Assembly: GCA_964597745.1 (NCBI GenBank)
Contig: CAZQZF010000002.1
Span: 1-26,547 of the forward strand
Direction of reading: 5' to 3'
DNA length: 26,547 nt
DNA from: an uncultured Zetaproteobacteria bacterium
GTDB lineage: Bacteria > Pseudomonadota > Zetaproteobacteria > Mariprofundales > Mariprofundaceae
Part shown: piece after piece, positions 17,677-26,132 of the stretch
Layout of the letters: each line of letters begins with the position of its first letter
How positions within the stretch are numbered: the first letter of the stretch is position 1
Made by a program: the position numbers and the translations under genes
Notes under the pieces: model-generated
Told to the model about the DNA's origin: nothing
Seen by the model: the letters and a program-made list of their open reading frames with translations, nothing else
Databases searched by the model: none

Positions 17677-18772
17677 TCTTTTTTGGCCGTTGCTTGAACT
17701 TCGGCTTATGCTTCTTGCCCATCACCGCATCGGGATTGGCCATGATTCCCCTGTACTTTTTCTCCATCCAGTCGCACAGATAACTTGCCACCTCTGGCAT
17801 GATCATGTCATGTTCCTCCAAGTATTGTTCCATATCCTGAAGGAAAGTCCCGTTATTGCCCCAACGCGATTCAGATTGATGCAGCAGTGCCAACTCCCGT
17901 TGACCGGGTGTCATTGCTGCCAGGCGAGCAGCCTGCTCTCTCTCTGCCGATACCTGTTTTTGTTGCTCACAGACTGCCTCGCGAACTGCTTCCTCCTCTT
18001 GCTGCGCTTGCTCATCCACCGCCATCGCCCCATAGCCGACTGCTGTCTTGGAACCAAACCCCAGCCAGTCAAAAACGTGCTCAAAACATTGTTTCAGCAT
18101 GACCTGCCAATCAAGAATGCCGGTCGGGCGAATCATTTGAACATGGAAGGCAAACTGCGCACCGGGAGCAACCGTAAGAAAAGGAATAGGATTAGGGGAT
18201 TCAGAATCGTGGGGTGATGCGATTCCTTCCTGAAGATACGCACTATGGTGCGGGGTCATGATATCCAGAGCCAGTTTACCCTGCGGAAATACATCCCAAA
18301 AGTTCAATGCGCCCTGGCTGTCATCGTCTGATCTACTGCCGAACAACTCGTCCACTACGCCAACATCAACTTTCAGTTCTTCAGCAGCACGAAGCATTAC
18401 TCCTTTCACCGACGAACCGGGCAGATAAGGAAGACCATAGGGGTTAAGGAATGCGAAGCCGTTTTCCAGAGGGTGTTCGTAGCCCATGCCTGTCGCAAAA
18501 GGCGCCGTGGCGATGGCATATTCAGAGTAAACAGAATCGCCTAATGTCAAAGCCTGAAACTGCTGCCGTTGTGCCAGAGAGTGCTGCCGTTGTGCCAGAG
18601 AGTGCTGCCGTTGATCATCAGGATGCAGTGCCAGCACCTTTTTGATTGCATCAGTTTTTTTATCCTTAACCATTTCCCATTGTTCATTCCAGATCGGGAA
18701 ATACATGCCAAACCGATGACCGGGCGCAGCCTGTTGCATATCGCGCATATATTGTGGAACTGCGGCTTTCAT
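17645..18772 (-). CDS. cmr6: Type III-B RAMP protein Cmr6, orphan in this window
   Basis: ENGFAFLNPYGLPYLPGSSVKG, GALNFWDVFP, DIMTPHH, SPNPIPFLTV, GFGSKTAVGYG; RBS TAAGGAG before ATG 18772. Confidence 0.85.
   Translation of the reverse strand: MKAAVPQYMRDMQQAAPGHRFGMYFPIWNEQWEMVKDKKTDAIKKVLALHPDDQRQHSLAQRQHSLAQRQQFQALTLGDSVYSEYAIATAPFATGMGYEHPLENGFAFLNPYGLPYLPGSSVKGVMLRAAEELKVDVGVVDELFGSRSDDDSQGALNFWDVFPQGKLALDIMTPHHSAYLQEGIASPHDSESPNPIPFLTVAPGAQFAFHVQMIRPTGILDWQVMLKQCFEHVFDWLGFGSKTAVGYGAMAVDEQAQQEEEAVREAVCEQQKQVSAEREQAARLAAMTPGQRELALLHQSESRWGNNGTFLQDMEQYLEEHDMIMPEVASYLCDWMEKKYRGIMANPDAVMGKKHKPKFKQRPKKIAKALSEKRS
18561..18613. repeat. In-frame 21-nt tandem repeat (2.5 copies) inside cmr6
   Basis: Unit tgctgccgttgtgccagagag at 18561 and 18582, partial at 18603; protein QRQHSLA-QRQHSLA-QRQ. 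Confidence 0.9.
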
Positions 18773-18782
18773 GATTTTCTCC

Positions 18783-18986
18783 TTAACCTGCATGCCGTAA
18801 CAGCTCTTCCGGTGCGTCCACAGGCAATACGCCATCTTTTTCAGCATCCAAAATAGTGATCTGACCAAGGCCATCTTCCGTTATTCCCGCCACCATATTC
18901 CAGCCATAGGAGATGTCCCGAATGATGGGTTTATCGTTAAAACGGATAAACAGCAGGTCTTCCTTATCATCATAGGTAATTTTCAT
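18783..18986 (-). CDS. DUF2283-like small protein (putative antitoxin)
   Basis: MKITYDDKEDLLFIRF…GQITILDA; ATGA overlap with the upstream gene. Confidence 0.75.
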   Translation of the reverse strand: MKITYDDKEDLLFIRFNDKPIIRDISYGWNMVAGITEDGLGQITILDAEKDGVLPVDAPEELLRHAG

Positions 18987-19249
18987 GTTATTAGCTCCCA
19001 ACGGATCATGACGGTCTTGATCACCAGATTTTCTTCTTGTACTGCGGCGGCACACATCAAATTATCATGACGATGGGCAAACGCATGATAAATCCAGAAA
19101 TGCTGCTTATCTTTTTCCTTCACGGTTCCACCTTCAATCAACGCCAACAGTTCACCTTTATGGATTCCTCGCTCCTGCATCCGTGCAATGGCATGCCGGG
19201 TAATTACGACACGACGATGGAAGCGTTTGCTGAACATCTTATCACTCAA
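18983..19249 (-). CDS. DUF4258-like small protein (putative RNase toxin)
   Basis: VITRHAIARMQERGI…LVIKTVM; TTG start (ATG 19237 is an alternative). Confidence 0.75.
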   Translation of the reverse strand: MSDKMFSKRFHRRVVITRHAIARMQERGIHKGELLALIEGGTVKEKDKQHFWIYHAFAHRHDNLMCAAAVQEENLVIKTVMIRWELIT

Positions 19250-19336
19250 TCAGAACCCCGGTGTCTGCAAACTGCCGCAGCCTGTTGTATATCGCACACA
19301 TATTGTGAAACAGCAGCCTGCATGATTTTCTCCTTA
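19246..19336 (-). pseudogene. Diverged duplicate of the cmr6 RBS and 5' end (25-codon mini-ORF)
   Basis: 19276-19336 versus 18725-18785: 53/61 identical, no gaps; MQAAVSQYVCDIQQAA versus MKAAVPQYMRDMQQAA. Confidence 0.8.
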
Positions 19337-19546
19337 TCCATACATCAGGCGACGCTCATGCGGGGCTGGAACTTCAACATCATCTTCGCGTGCGCTGGAG
19401 AACCACAATGCCATGGCCTGATGGATATTATTGCGTGCTTCACTGCCGCTTGCGCCATGTGCCATGCAACCGGGCAACTCCGGCACCTCAGCAATAAATG
19501 CATTATCTTCTTTGCTCCAGCAAATAATGGTTTCGTATTTATACAT
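19334..19546 (-). CDS. hicB: HicB-family antitoxin (short, no adjacent HicA)
   Basis: WSKEDNAFIAEVPELPGCMAHG…EA…I..AMALW. Confidence 0.85.
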   Translation of the reverse strand: MYKYETIICWSKEDNAFIAEVPELPGCMAHGASGSEARNNIHQAMALWFSSAREDDVEVPAPHERRLMYG

Positions 19547-19813
19547 CGGAGTTCTTCTTGCCCTTATGATTTATTTGATCCAAATCATCTTCCCAACTAT
19601 CCCGTTCTGCATGAATGTAGGCCATAATTTCCTGCATGGATTTTCGCGGATAATCCTTTCCATCCAGAGATTCGAGGAATGACAATAGACTTTCATCTGA
19701 TCGATCCTTTTCTTTATTTTCGTTCATAACCAAATACTTCGATTTCCTCTTCCTACCTCTCCCCTTGGCCACAATGCCGTCCTGATATTGACTCTCAATT
19801 TTACTGCCTGCAT
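19539..19813 (-). pseudogene. Probably frameshifted small antitoxin-like gene
   Basis: RBS TAAGGAG and ATG 19813 give MQAVKLRVNI, which stops early; a different frame gives …QDGIV…SMQEIMAYIHAERDSWE to the stop at 19539. Confidence 0.45.
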
Positions 19814-19880
19814 TTTATTTCTCCTTACGCCTGCTCAGACATCACTCTCGGAAAGGTAATACATGACTTTCAAAGGGCGC

Positions 19881-21347
19881 TCATTTTTTACCTCTATTGA
19901 ATTTTTCCTGCAAAGCCTTTAATGCATCAGAGGAAGCAGAATGATGCCTGGTTAGTTGCCCCTTAGGTTTCTTTTGTAGATGACCTTGTTTCATCTTGTC
20001 TTTCCGTTCTTGCGCTATAGGCATCCTGTTTTTCTGACGCATTCGTTGGCGGGCAATTTCAGCGGGGGGTAGGCCTTGCTGAATCTCCGGATGCGAACTG
20101 TGTTCCTTATTCCGAATCGACTGCTTAATTTTCGGTGCCAAGATTTCAGGCAATACTTCATTACCTTCTGCCATTTCCACCAACAACCACCCAAAGGGGC
20201 GCAACCTCTTTTGTTCATCCTGACTGCTCGCAGCCAGCCAGACAGTTTTTGCCTGTTTCTCCCATAAAGGTTGCTTGTCGCGCCCCTGCATAATCTTGAT
20301 ATTGCGCACACCATTGAGCGTAACTGATTCCGCACCGCTATGCCTTCCGACGCGCAATAAAAATGCCTTGTTATTTTTTAATAGCATTTGTACAGAAGCC
20401 TGTTGCAACAAGGCCAATGTTGCTTTTCTCCATTCCTGATCGAGAAGTCCTCTACCGCTTAACAGTTTTGTTTCCATATCCCATATTGGGCTGTAAAAAT
20501 GATTACAGGCGATGGCAATATCTTCAAAGCTAAAACGATACTCTGGAAGCTTTATTTTCTGATGCTCCAGTACTCCTCCAGGATTACTGATGCCAATTTG
20601 TCCAGTATAGGCGCGTACGTGAAATGGCGTTACGGTCTCCAATAATTGATACAATCCCGCTTTTTCCGCTTGTGACTTGATATTGTCTCCTGCCTTTTTC
20701 CTGCGATTGACGGCAAACAGGACTTCTGTCTGTGTCATGTTCTGCTTGTCCTGTCCGGCGCAATCACCAACCTGAACCAGTCTCATTGGGTCTTTGAAAA
20801 TTTCCTTCATGGAGTACTGAAACAGTCTTTGTTGTAGATCTCTGTTACGTTCGCCTCTTTCAGCCTGTTGCCCATGATTGATGCTATTCAACAATGCTGT
20901 TCGGATAGCGCCCTTCAAACCAGACCCCGGCAATATGGGATGGCGATTCAGGGGATTATAGAAGACTCTTTCGATTTCCAGTTTGTTCTGCACAGTTCTT
21001 CCGCCCGATTCCCTGTGCGCCGCCTGACCAATTTTACTTCGATAAAGTTCGGCCACGCCATGACTCACCCGTGTCTGGTTTATCGCGTGAGGAATCAATT
21101 GCTTCCTGTGCTCAAAAAACAATGCCTGCACGCGCATCAGCATTCGGCCACTGGCCTTACCTTCCAGCATTGACGCTAATTTCTTGCGCGTATCATCAGG
21201 CAACGAAGACAGTGCTCTATGATCAAATTCATACAATATATCGCCTTCAATGACATAATTTGTGGGAGCATAATCTTCATCCGTTCCCATATGCACGGGA
21301 GAAAGTGAAGTGATCAACACTTGCCGTGTTTCAGGAATGCCACTCAT
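19881..21347 (-). CDS. csm5: Type III-A RAMP Csm5
   Basis: LSPVHMG…Y.PTNY, ILPGSGLKGAIRTA, DPMRLVQVGD, LRVGRHSGAESVT, PFGW. Confidence 0.9.
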   Translation of the reverse strand: MSGIPETRQVLITSLSPVHMGTDEDYAPTNYVIEGDILYEFDHRALSSLPDDTRKKLASMLEGKASGRMLMRVQALFFEHRKQLIPHAINQTRVSHGVAELYRSKIGQAAHRESGGRTVQNKLEIERVFYNPLNRHPILPGSGLKGAIRTALLNSINHGQQAERGERNRDLQQRLFQYSMKEIFKDPMRLVQVGDCAGQDKQNMTQTEVLFAVNRRKKAGDNIKSQAEKAGLYQLLETVTPFHVRAYTGQIGISNPGGVLEHQKIKLPEYRFSFEDIAIACNHFYSPIWDMETKLLSGRGLLDQEWRKATLALLQQASVQMLLKNNKAFLLRVGRHSGAESVTLNGVRNIKIMQGRDKQPLWEKQAKTVWLAASSQDEQKRLRPFGWLLVEMAEGNEVLPEILAPKIKQSIRNKEHSSHPEIQQGLPPAEIARQRMRQKNRMPIAQERKDKMKQGHLQKKPKGQLTRHHSASSDALKALQEKFNRGKK

Positions 21348-22294
21348 GCGTCCACTTCCAGATGAATGGCCAACACAGGGGTATAACCCTGTTGTACCGT
21401 TTCAGGAATTGCCCGGGAAAGGCTGCCATCGCCTCCTAGGCCATGGCCGACAAACAGACTTTCCTGATATTTGTTCGGGGTCAGTACCGCACCTGTGTCA
21501 ACCAACAAGACGGGAGATTTGAAGGGTCGTCCTGTATGCACAGCCATGTCGCCATGTCTGCCAAAGCGAGTGAATGGCTGATACCAGCAGTGTTCAGCAT
21601 CAAGGGATAGCCCCTGTGATGCGCAGGGAGCAAGCGTCATCCAGGCATTGGCTTTTTCCTGTTCAGGCCATGTAGCGGAATCTTTTTTCAATAGCTCAAA
21701 TTTCCCTAGGCCAATGCTAGTATCTCGACCATAGCCACTGGTTCCTATATCCTCAATCATCATCTCGATCTCTTCCTGACCAATTCGATTAACATCAAAA
21801 CAAAGATAGATTTCCAACAGCATGCCTTGCACCGGCCAATATTGGGGCATTTGGTATGGCGCAAAAAGGTCAGTTCCCGTGGTACCGCTTAATCGGTTGA
21901 TGGTATTATGGGGTTGCGCTTTTTCCTGCCATAGCGGTGTACCTGCAATCTCCGTTTCACTTTTACAAACACGCAACCATTCCCGAACAGGTAAAATGAA
22001 ATTGGACTTCGGCAACCATTGGCGTTTCTTTACCTGCTTTCTATCTGCATCGGGTACATCATCATAGCGATACAGCGGCCATGCCGGTTTCGGAAGGAAC
22101 CCGGCGGGAAATGCATCGGAAACAACCAGAAACGGTTTTCCCTCTGTGTAGCCCTGTAGCAATGTCCGAAGTCTGTCTTCACCAAACCTGTGCCGGATTA
22201 TCCAGCACAGTTGCCCAAACAACGTATCCCCGCGAATGCTTCCGCCAAATGCAGATCGCGGCTGAATACGCATAGTGAGTGGCGCCATGGTCAC
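21344..22294 (-). CDS. csm4: Type III-A RAMP Csm4
   Basis: GDTLFGQLCW, LVVSDAFP, HNTINR, GYGRDTSIGLGKF. Confidence 0.92.
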   Translation of the reverse strand: MTMAPLTMRIQPRSAFGGSIRGDTLFGQLCWIIRHRFGEDRLRTLLQGYTEGKPFLVVSDAFPAGFLPKPAWPLYRYDDVPDADRKQVKKRQWLPKSNFILPVREWLRVCKSETEIAGTPLWQEKAQPHNTINRLSGTTGTDLFAPYQMPQYWPVQGMLLEIYLCFDVNRIGQEEIEMMIEDIGTSGYGRDTSIGLGKFELLKKDSATWPEQEKANAWMTLAPCASQGLSLDAEHCWYQPFTRFGRHGDMAVHTGRPFKSPVLLVDTGAVLTPNKYQESLFVGHGLGGDGSLSRAIPETVQQGYTPVLAIHLEVDA

Positions 22295-22296
22295 AA

Positions 22297-23010
22297 CTAC
22301 AGTTTCACCCGTTCCAGTCTTTCCTGAATGGATTGTCCATCTATTTGCAGACTACGAAAAGCGATTTTCCCATAGCCGCGAGACAACGATCCTCCCAAGC
22401 CAGTCAATTCAATCAGTTTGAGCCCACGAAAAATCGGTTTAAGTAAATCCTCACTGTCAACCACCTTCAGACTCAACTGAAACCTGAATCTTGCTCCGCC
22501 AGGAACACGCTCGGTGTTCCTTGGATTCTCCGCTGTTCCTTTGATACGATCAATAGTATTTTCCATCTTGGTTTCAGTGAGCAGCAGGTTTTTATCATCC
22601 ATCTCCCTGACCCACATCGCATCAAGAGCACAATCCCAGAAAGCCAGGCGGGTTGGGCCAATTTCCCTGACCAAATTCTCATCCATATTGGATCCGGTTG
22701 GCGAATAGCCAAAAAGTCGCAATATCTCGATACCCTGAGCTCTGTTGCCATCCAATTTGTGGATATGATCAATGCCAAGAGGTTTGCCGTTTGTCATACC
22801 AACCACGCCTGCATGCCATTCCATCAGGCTGCGCATCTTGCCCTTGATACTGGAACCGGGGATATATGGCTGATTGCTGACAGGGTTTTTGATGACCGGG
22901 TTATCCGTACCTCCAATATGCATCTCAGTATTGCCACTGCCAATATGGAGCCCTGAGACCAGTTCAATGATTCCGTTTATTTTTGAGATTCTATCCAGTT
23001 TCATGATCAA
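22297..23010 (-). CDS. csm3: Type III-A Csm3 backbone RNase
   Basis: SGLHIG, IGGTDNPVIK (catalytic Asp present), PYIPGSSIKGKMR, ENTIDR, ERVP, LGGSLSRGYG; ATG 23004 is an alternative start. Confidence 0.95.
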   Translation of the reverse strand: MIMKLDRISKINGIIELVSGLHIGSGNTEMHIGGTDNPVIKNPVSNQPYIPGSSIKGKMRSLMEWHAGVVGMTNGKPLGIDHIHKLDGNRAQGIEILRLFGYSPTGSNMDENLVREIGPTRLAFWDCALDAMWVREMDDKNLLLTETKMENTIDRIKGTAENPRNTERVPGGARFRFQLSLKVVDSEDLLKPIFRGLKLIELTGLGGSLSRGYGKIAFRSLQIDGQSIQERLERVKL

Positions 23011-23453
23011 TCTCCCTTTTCAACCTTGTAAAATCCCAGAAACGCTTCAAAAAATAATTTGGCAGTCCTTAAATCACTAAGGCCGTGCACTGAATCAATA
23101 ATTTGTTCCAATAACTCAACAAAAACAGTATCAACCAGTTTGCGACCTTTGGCATAGGCGGCTTTGGCCTTGAGCATCCGAATAAAGGGTAAATACTCAT
23201 CAAATCGTTCCGGATTTTGCCGAACCTTTTCTTCCCACATCACCAGTTCATCATAAAAACGACGGACTTGGGTGCCTTTATTCATTTCGCGTTTAACATC
23301 AGCAACTTTTTTTGCCGCTTTCCTGGCTGTAGTATCAAATAGGTTAGATGGGATATTCCCTCTATCATTTTTAAAGCAAATGTTGACATCTAGGGTTCGC
23401 GGTTCTTGATGACTGCGGCTGCCGCTACGGGGATTTGTTCGTGGATTATACAT
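23007..23453 (-). CDS. csm2: Type III-A small subunit Csm2
   Basis: TQVRRFYDEL, LKAKAAYAKGR, FFEAFLGFYK; lies between cas10 and csm3. Confidence 0.92.
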   Translation of the reverse strand: MYNPRTNPRSGSRSHQEPRTLDVNICFKNDRGNIPSNLFDTTARKAAKKVADVKREMNKGTQVRRFYDELVMWEEKVRQNPERFDEYLPFIRMLKAKAAYAKGRKLVDTVFVELLEQIIDSVHGLSDLRTAKLFFEAFLGFYKVEKGD

Positions 23454-23462
23454 ACTTTCTCC

Positions 23463-26132
23463 TTAATACCGTTCGTGATAAAGGTGCAAAAAAAGTGGCA
23501 CCCGAAACTTGCTTCCAAATAGATGAATCGGCTCTTTCAATACTTTTGCCAGTTCAACCATGCGCTGCTTACGTTCATCATTGTTAAGTCCACGGGTGCG
23601 TTCCAACATTCTCCAACTTCGGTAGGCGAACCATGCCTGCCAAATCGCATTTTCGATGTTTGGATGTTCCGATTTGAGGTTTTCTGACATGTTCGCCAGT
23701 TCCTGTAAGCGGTAAAGGTAGCCTGTGCTTAAACTATATTTCTCGCCAATGTTTTGGATATCATCGAAACAGCGCCACAACACTTCAAACTCTTTCCAGC
23801 TCGCAGTTTCACCAAATATAGTAATGGCATTCTTACCTTCATATAGCTTGGATGCATCCAGTGCAGTCTCCGCTATTTCTCCAAGCTGATGCACAGGCAG
23901 TCCCGGCTTGGTCATCACCAGCCCTGCTGAAAAATGGATGTCATGATTGTCTGCTACATAGCGCGAAAATTTCCGCTCTATTTCTCTAATCAATTTCACA
24001 GTGCTCTTCCATGGGCCGATCAGAAAAAAATCATCCCCGCCAGCGAAGACTGTATAGGTGCTTGGATACTTTTCCTGACACAGCATCGGCAAATAAACAG
24101 CAAAGAAAGCATTCATTTGACGAGATAGCGATGCCCACTTAGCAAAGGTCGGTCGCTCCAGACCCTTTTCAAAAATGGCCCCTAAATTATCCACATCTCC
24201 CTTGAGCACCATTAACGCGTCGCTGCCTTTCCACTTTCCTGATTCATCAACCCATAAATCATCCCTTGCGATATGCTCAAAGGTCTTGGGCGCAAGCGCA
24301 TCCCATTCTGATATCTTGTCCAACCCCTCGTAACGATCTTTGTCCCATGCATTCAACGCACCACACAGGGGGATATAAGCATCAATATTTCGCCGGGCAT
24401 AGCCTGAAAAAAGAGTGCTGTCCATATCAGCAGGCAGAGCATAATCCCATGCTCGCCGCAACTTTCCTTCTTTCGCCCATGCGCCGAATTTCCCTGTTGC
24501 ATCCTCGTCACCAGTGAAACTTGCCCAGTAACCAAACAGATTAAGCTTGAGCGTATGGTGGTTGGGGTTTTCTGTCGTTAGCAGCAGTCTGGCATAGTGC
24601 CCCAGCCACCGTCCGATCCGAATCTGATCAGCAGCAAGCCGTGATGCATATTTTCCAGCACCGGGTTCTATTTCTTCAATAGCCGGAGAACGGCCATCAA
24701 TAGCGCACACGCCCTTGTCCGCATCAAACGCATCCAGGAAGCTGTCAAAAACAGGCTTGGGGGCATGCTCGCAACAAAGCGAATATCGTTTTGTTTTCAT
24801 CTCTTCCAACTTGTGAAACAGGCAGCTAATCAATAGTTTGAAGGGCGCTTCTCTGTCTTTTCTTTTATTCAGAAAGTCATTACAGCACGCTGACTCCCAA
24901 GCCAGCCCGATACCCGACTGGCCATAGGTGTGTTCCAAAAACCACTGATCAACTTCCTGCTGTACTAATTGAAGTTTTTTCAGCGTTGCCTCACTGTTTG
25001 GAGCAACAATGAGAAACTTTCCAGCCGCATTGATAACCTGACTGGTTGGCGGAAGCTGCAGGCTTTCCAAGACCTTAAGTGCAACGCATTCCGTTAACAG
25101 GGATACATGGAATGAACGCCCGCGCATCAGCTTGGCTGCATTGCGCTGAGTTTCTCCCCCCGTAGCAAAAATAAATTCCTGGATGCCGAAAAAATCGCCC
25201 ATCACAATTAATAGTTTTTTCTCATCCCAATCATGCCTACTCTGCATCGCATCAATGGCGGAATCCTGATCCATCTGCTTATCGTGGTGATACCGCCATA
25301 AAGCCGTAGCAAGAGCAGACGTAGTTCGGGAGTGATCATACAGGGAAACTTCAGGTTTTGTGTTTCCAGCAGTCGCTGAAGGAATCGCATGAGTAAATGC
25401 TGCCCAAAGGGAGTCAAAGTGATCCAACCATAATGACCAGTTCTTTCGATGTGATGCCGGAATAGTTTTCAATGCCTCTGTAAAGCTATCCCAAAGTTGC
25501 CGGTACTCACTCTGTGCCTGGTTATTATGGTTGCTTTCGCACTCATCTGCCTTGACAGGAAACATTTGCTTTGCACTCATGGGTTTCAGCGGATGACGCC
25601 ACTTTAAATCTGCTTTGACTTCTTCTGTTTTTTGCTGCCAATGAATCTGTTCAAAAAGGGTCAGCTGCCTGGCGGTATAATGATTCCGTCCGGTTGATGT
25701 TTTCTCTTCTGCTACATTATAGGCTTCAAACTCCTCCCGCTCAAAACCAGAGGCGATTCGATCCGCTGTCGCCACAATCCACTGCAAAAATGTTTCTGGT
25801 TTGTGATGCTTGGCAGCAGCATTGATCATGGAGTCGGCGACATCAGGGCTTTTCCACGCTGGAAATGGAAGCATATCCTCACCAACCAGATCAGGAAGAT
25901 GGTGTTCAATCAGATCCATGGAAATAGCTGTATAGGCAGCATGAATATGTGTAAACCGGCCTGTTGCATCGGTAAATGCCTTTCGATGAGGGCAGTAAAG
26001 CTGCTTGTTAATCTCCAAATTTTCTTTATTTACCGGGTTGATACGGGCGCGTTCGGAGAATTTCCCCATGTCATGCAGTAAGGCAGATAAGGCAACCCTG
26101 CTGGATGCATCAAGTAAATCATTCTTCTTCAT
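23463..26132 (-). CDS. cas10: Cas10/Csm1
   Basis: HD motif LLHDMGKF, SLYDHS, GDFFGIQEFIF, RGRSF, KGDVDNLG, cyclase motif FAGGDDFF. Confidence 0.97.
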   Translation of the reverse strand: MKKNDLLDASSRVALSALLHDMGKFSERARINPVNKENLEINKQLYCPHRKAFTDATGRFTHIHAAYTAISMDLIEHHLPDLVGEDMLPFPAWKSPDVADSMINAAAKHHKPETFLQWIVATADRIASGFEREEFEAYNVAEEKTSTGRNHYTARQLTLFEQIHWQQKTEEVKADLKWRHPLKPMSAKQMFPVKADECESNHNNQAQSEYRQLWDSFTEALKTIPASHRKNWSLWLDHFDSLWAAFTHAIPSATAGNTKPEVSLYDHSRTTSALATALWRYHHDKQMDQDSAIDAMQSRHDWDEKKLLIVMGDFFGIQEFIFATGGETQRNAAKLMRGRSFHVSLLTECVALKVLESLQLPPTSQVINAAGKFLIVAPNSEATLKKLQLVQQEVDQWFLEHTYGQSGIGLAWESACCNDFLNKRKDREAPFKLLISCLFHKLEEMKTKRYSLCCEHAPKPVFDSFLDAFDADKGVCAIDGRSPAIEEIEPGAGKYASRLAADQIRIGRWLGHYARLLLTTENPNHHTLKLNLFGYWASFTGDEDATGKFGAWAKEGKLRRAWDYALPADMDSTLFSGYARRNIDAYIPLCGALNAWDKDRYEGLDKISEWDALAPKTFEHIARDDLWVDESGKWKGSDALMVLKGDVDNLGAIFEKGLERPTFAKWASLSRQMNAFFAVYLPMLCQEKYPSTYTVFAGGDDFFLIGPWKSTVKLIREIERKFSRYVADNHDIHFSAGLVMTKPGLPVHQLGEIAETALDASKLYEGKNAITIFGETASWKEFEVLWRCFDDIQNIGEKYSLSTGYLYRLQELANMSENLKSEHPNIENAIWQAWFAYRSWRMLERTRGLNNDERKQRMVELAKVLKEPIHLFGSKFRVPLFLHLYHERY

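Noticed and set aside
18561-18613. 21-nt repeat as a mini CRISPR array
   Set aside because: The units are directly adjacent with no spacers and lie in frame within cmr6
19037-19682. 196-aa and 83-aa plus-strand ORFs
   Set aside because: Antisense to the HicB and DUF4258 genes, which have recognisable motifs
19828-19884. Short reading frames after the csm5 stop as a cmr5 remnant
   Set aside because: Interrupted by a stop codon and no Cmr5-like motif is visible
23463-26132. SAM-AMP signalling variant
   Set aside because: No CorA, NrN, DEDD or SAM-lyase gene is in the window and both effectors are CARF-type, which favours cOA
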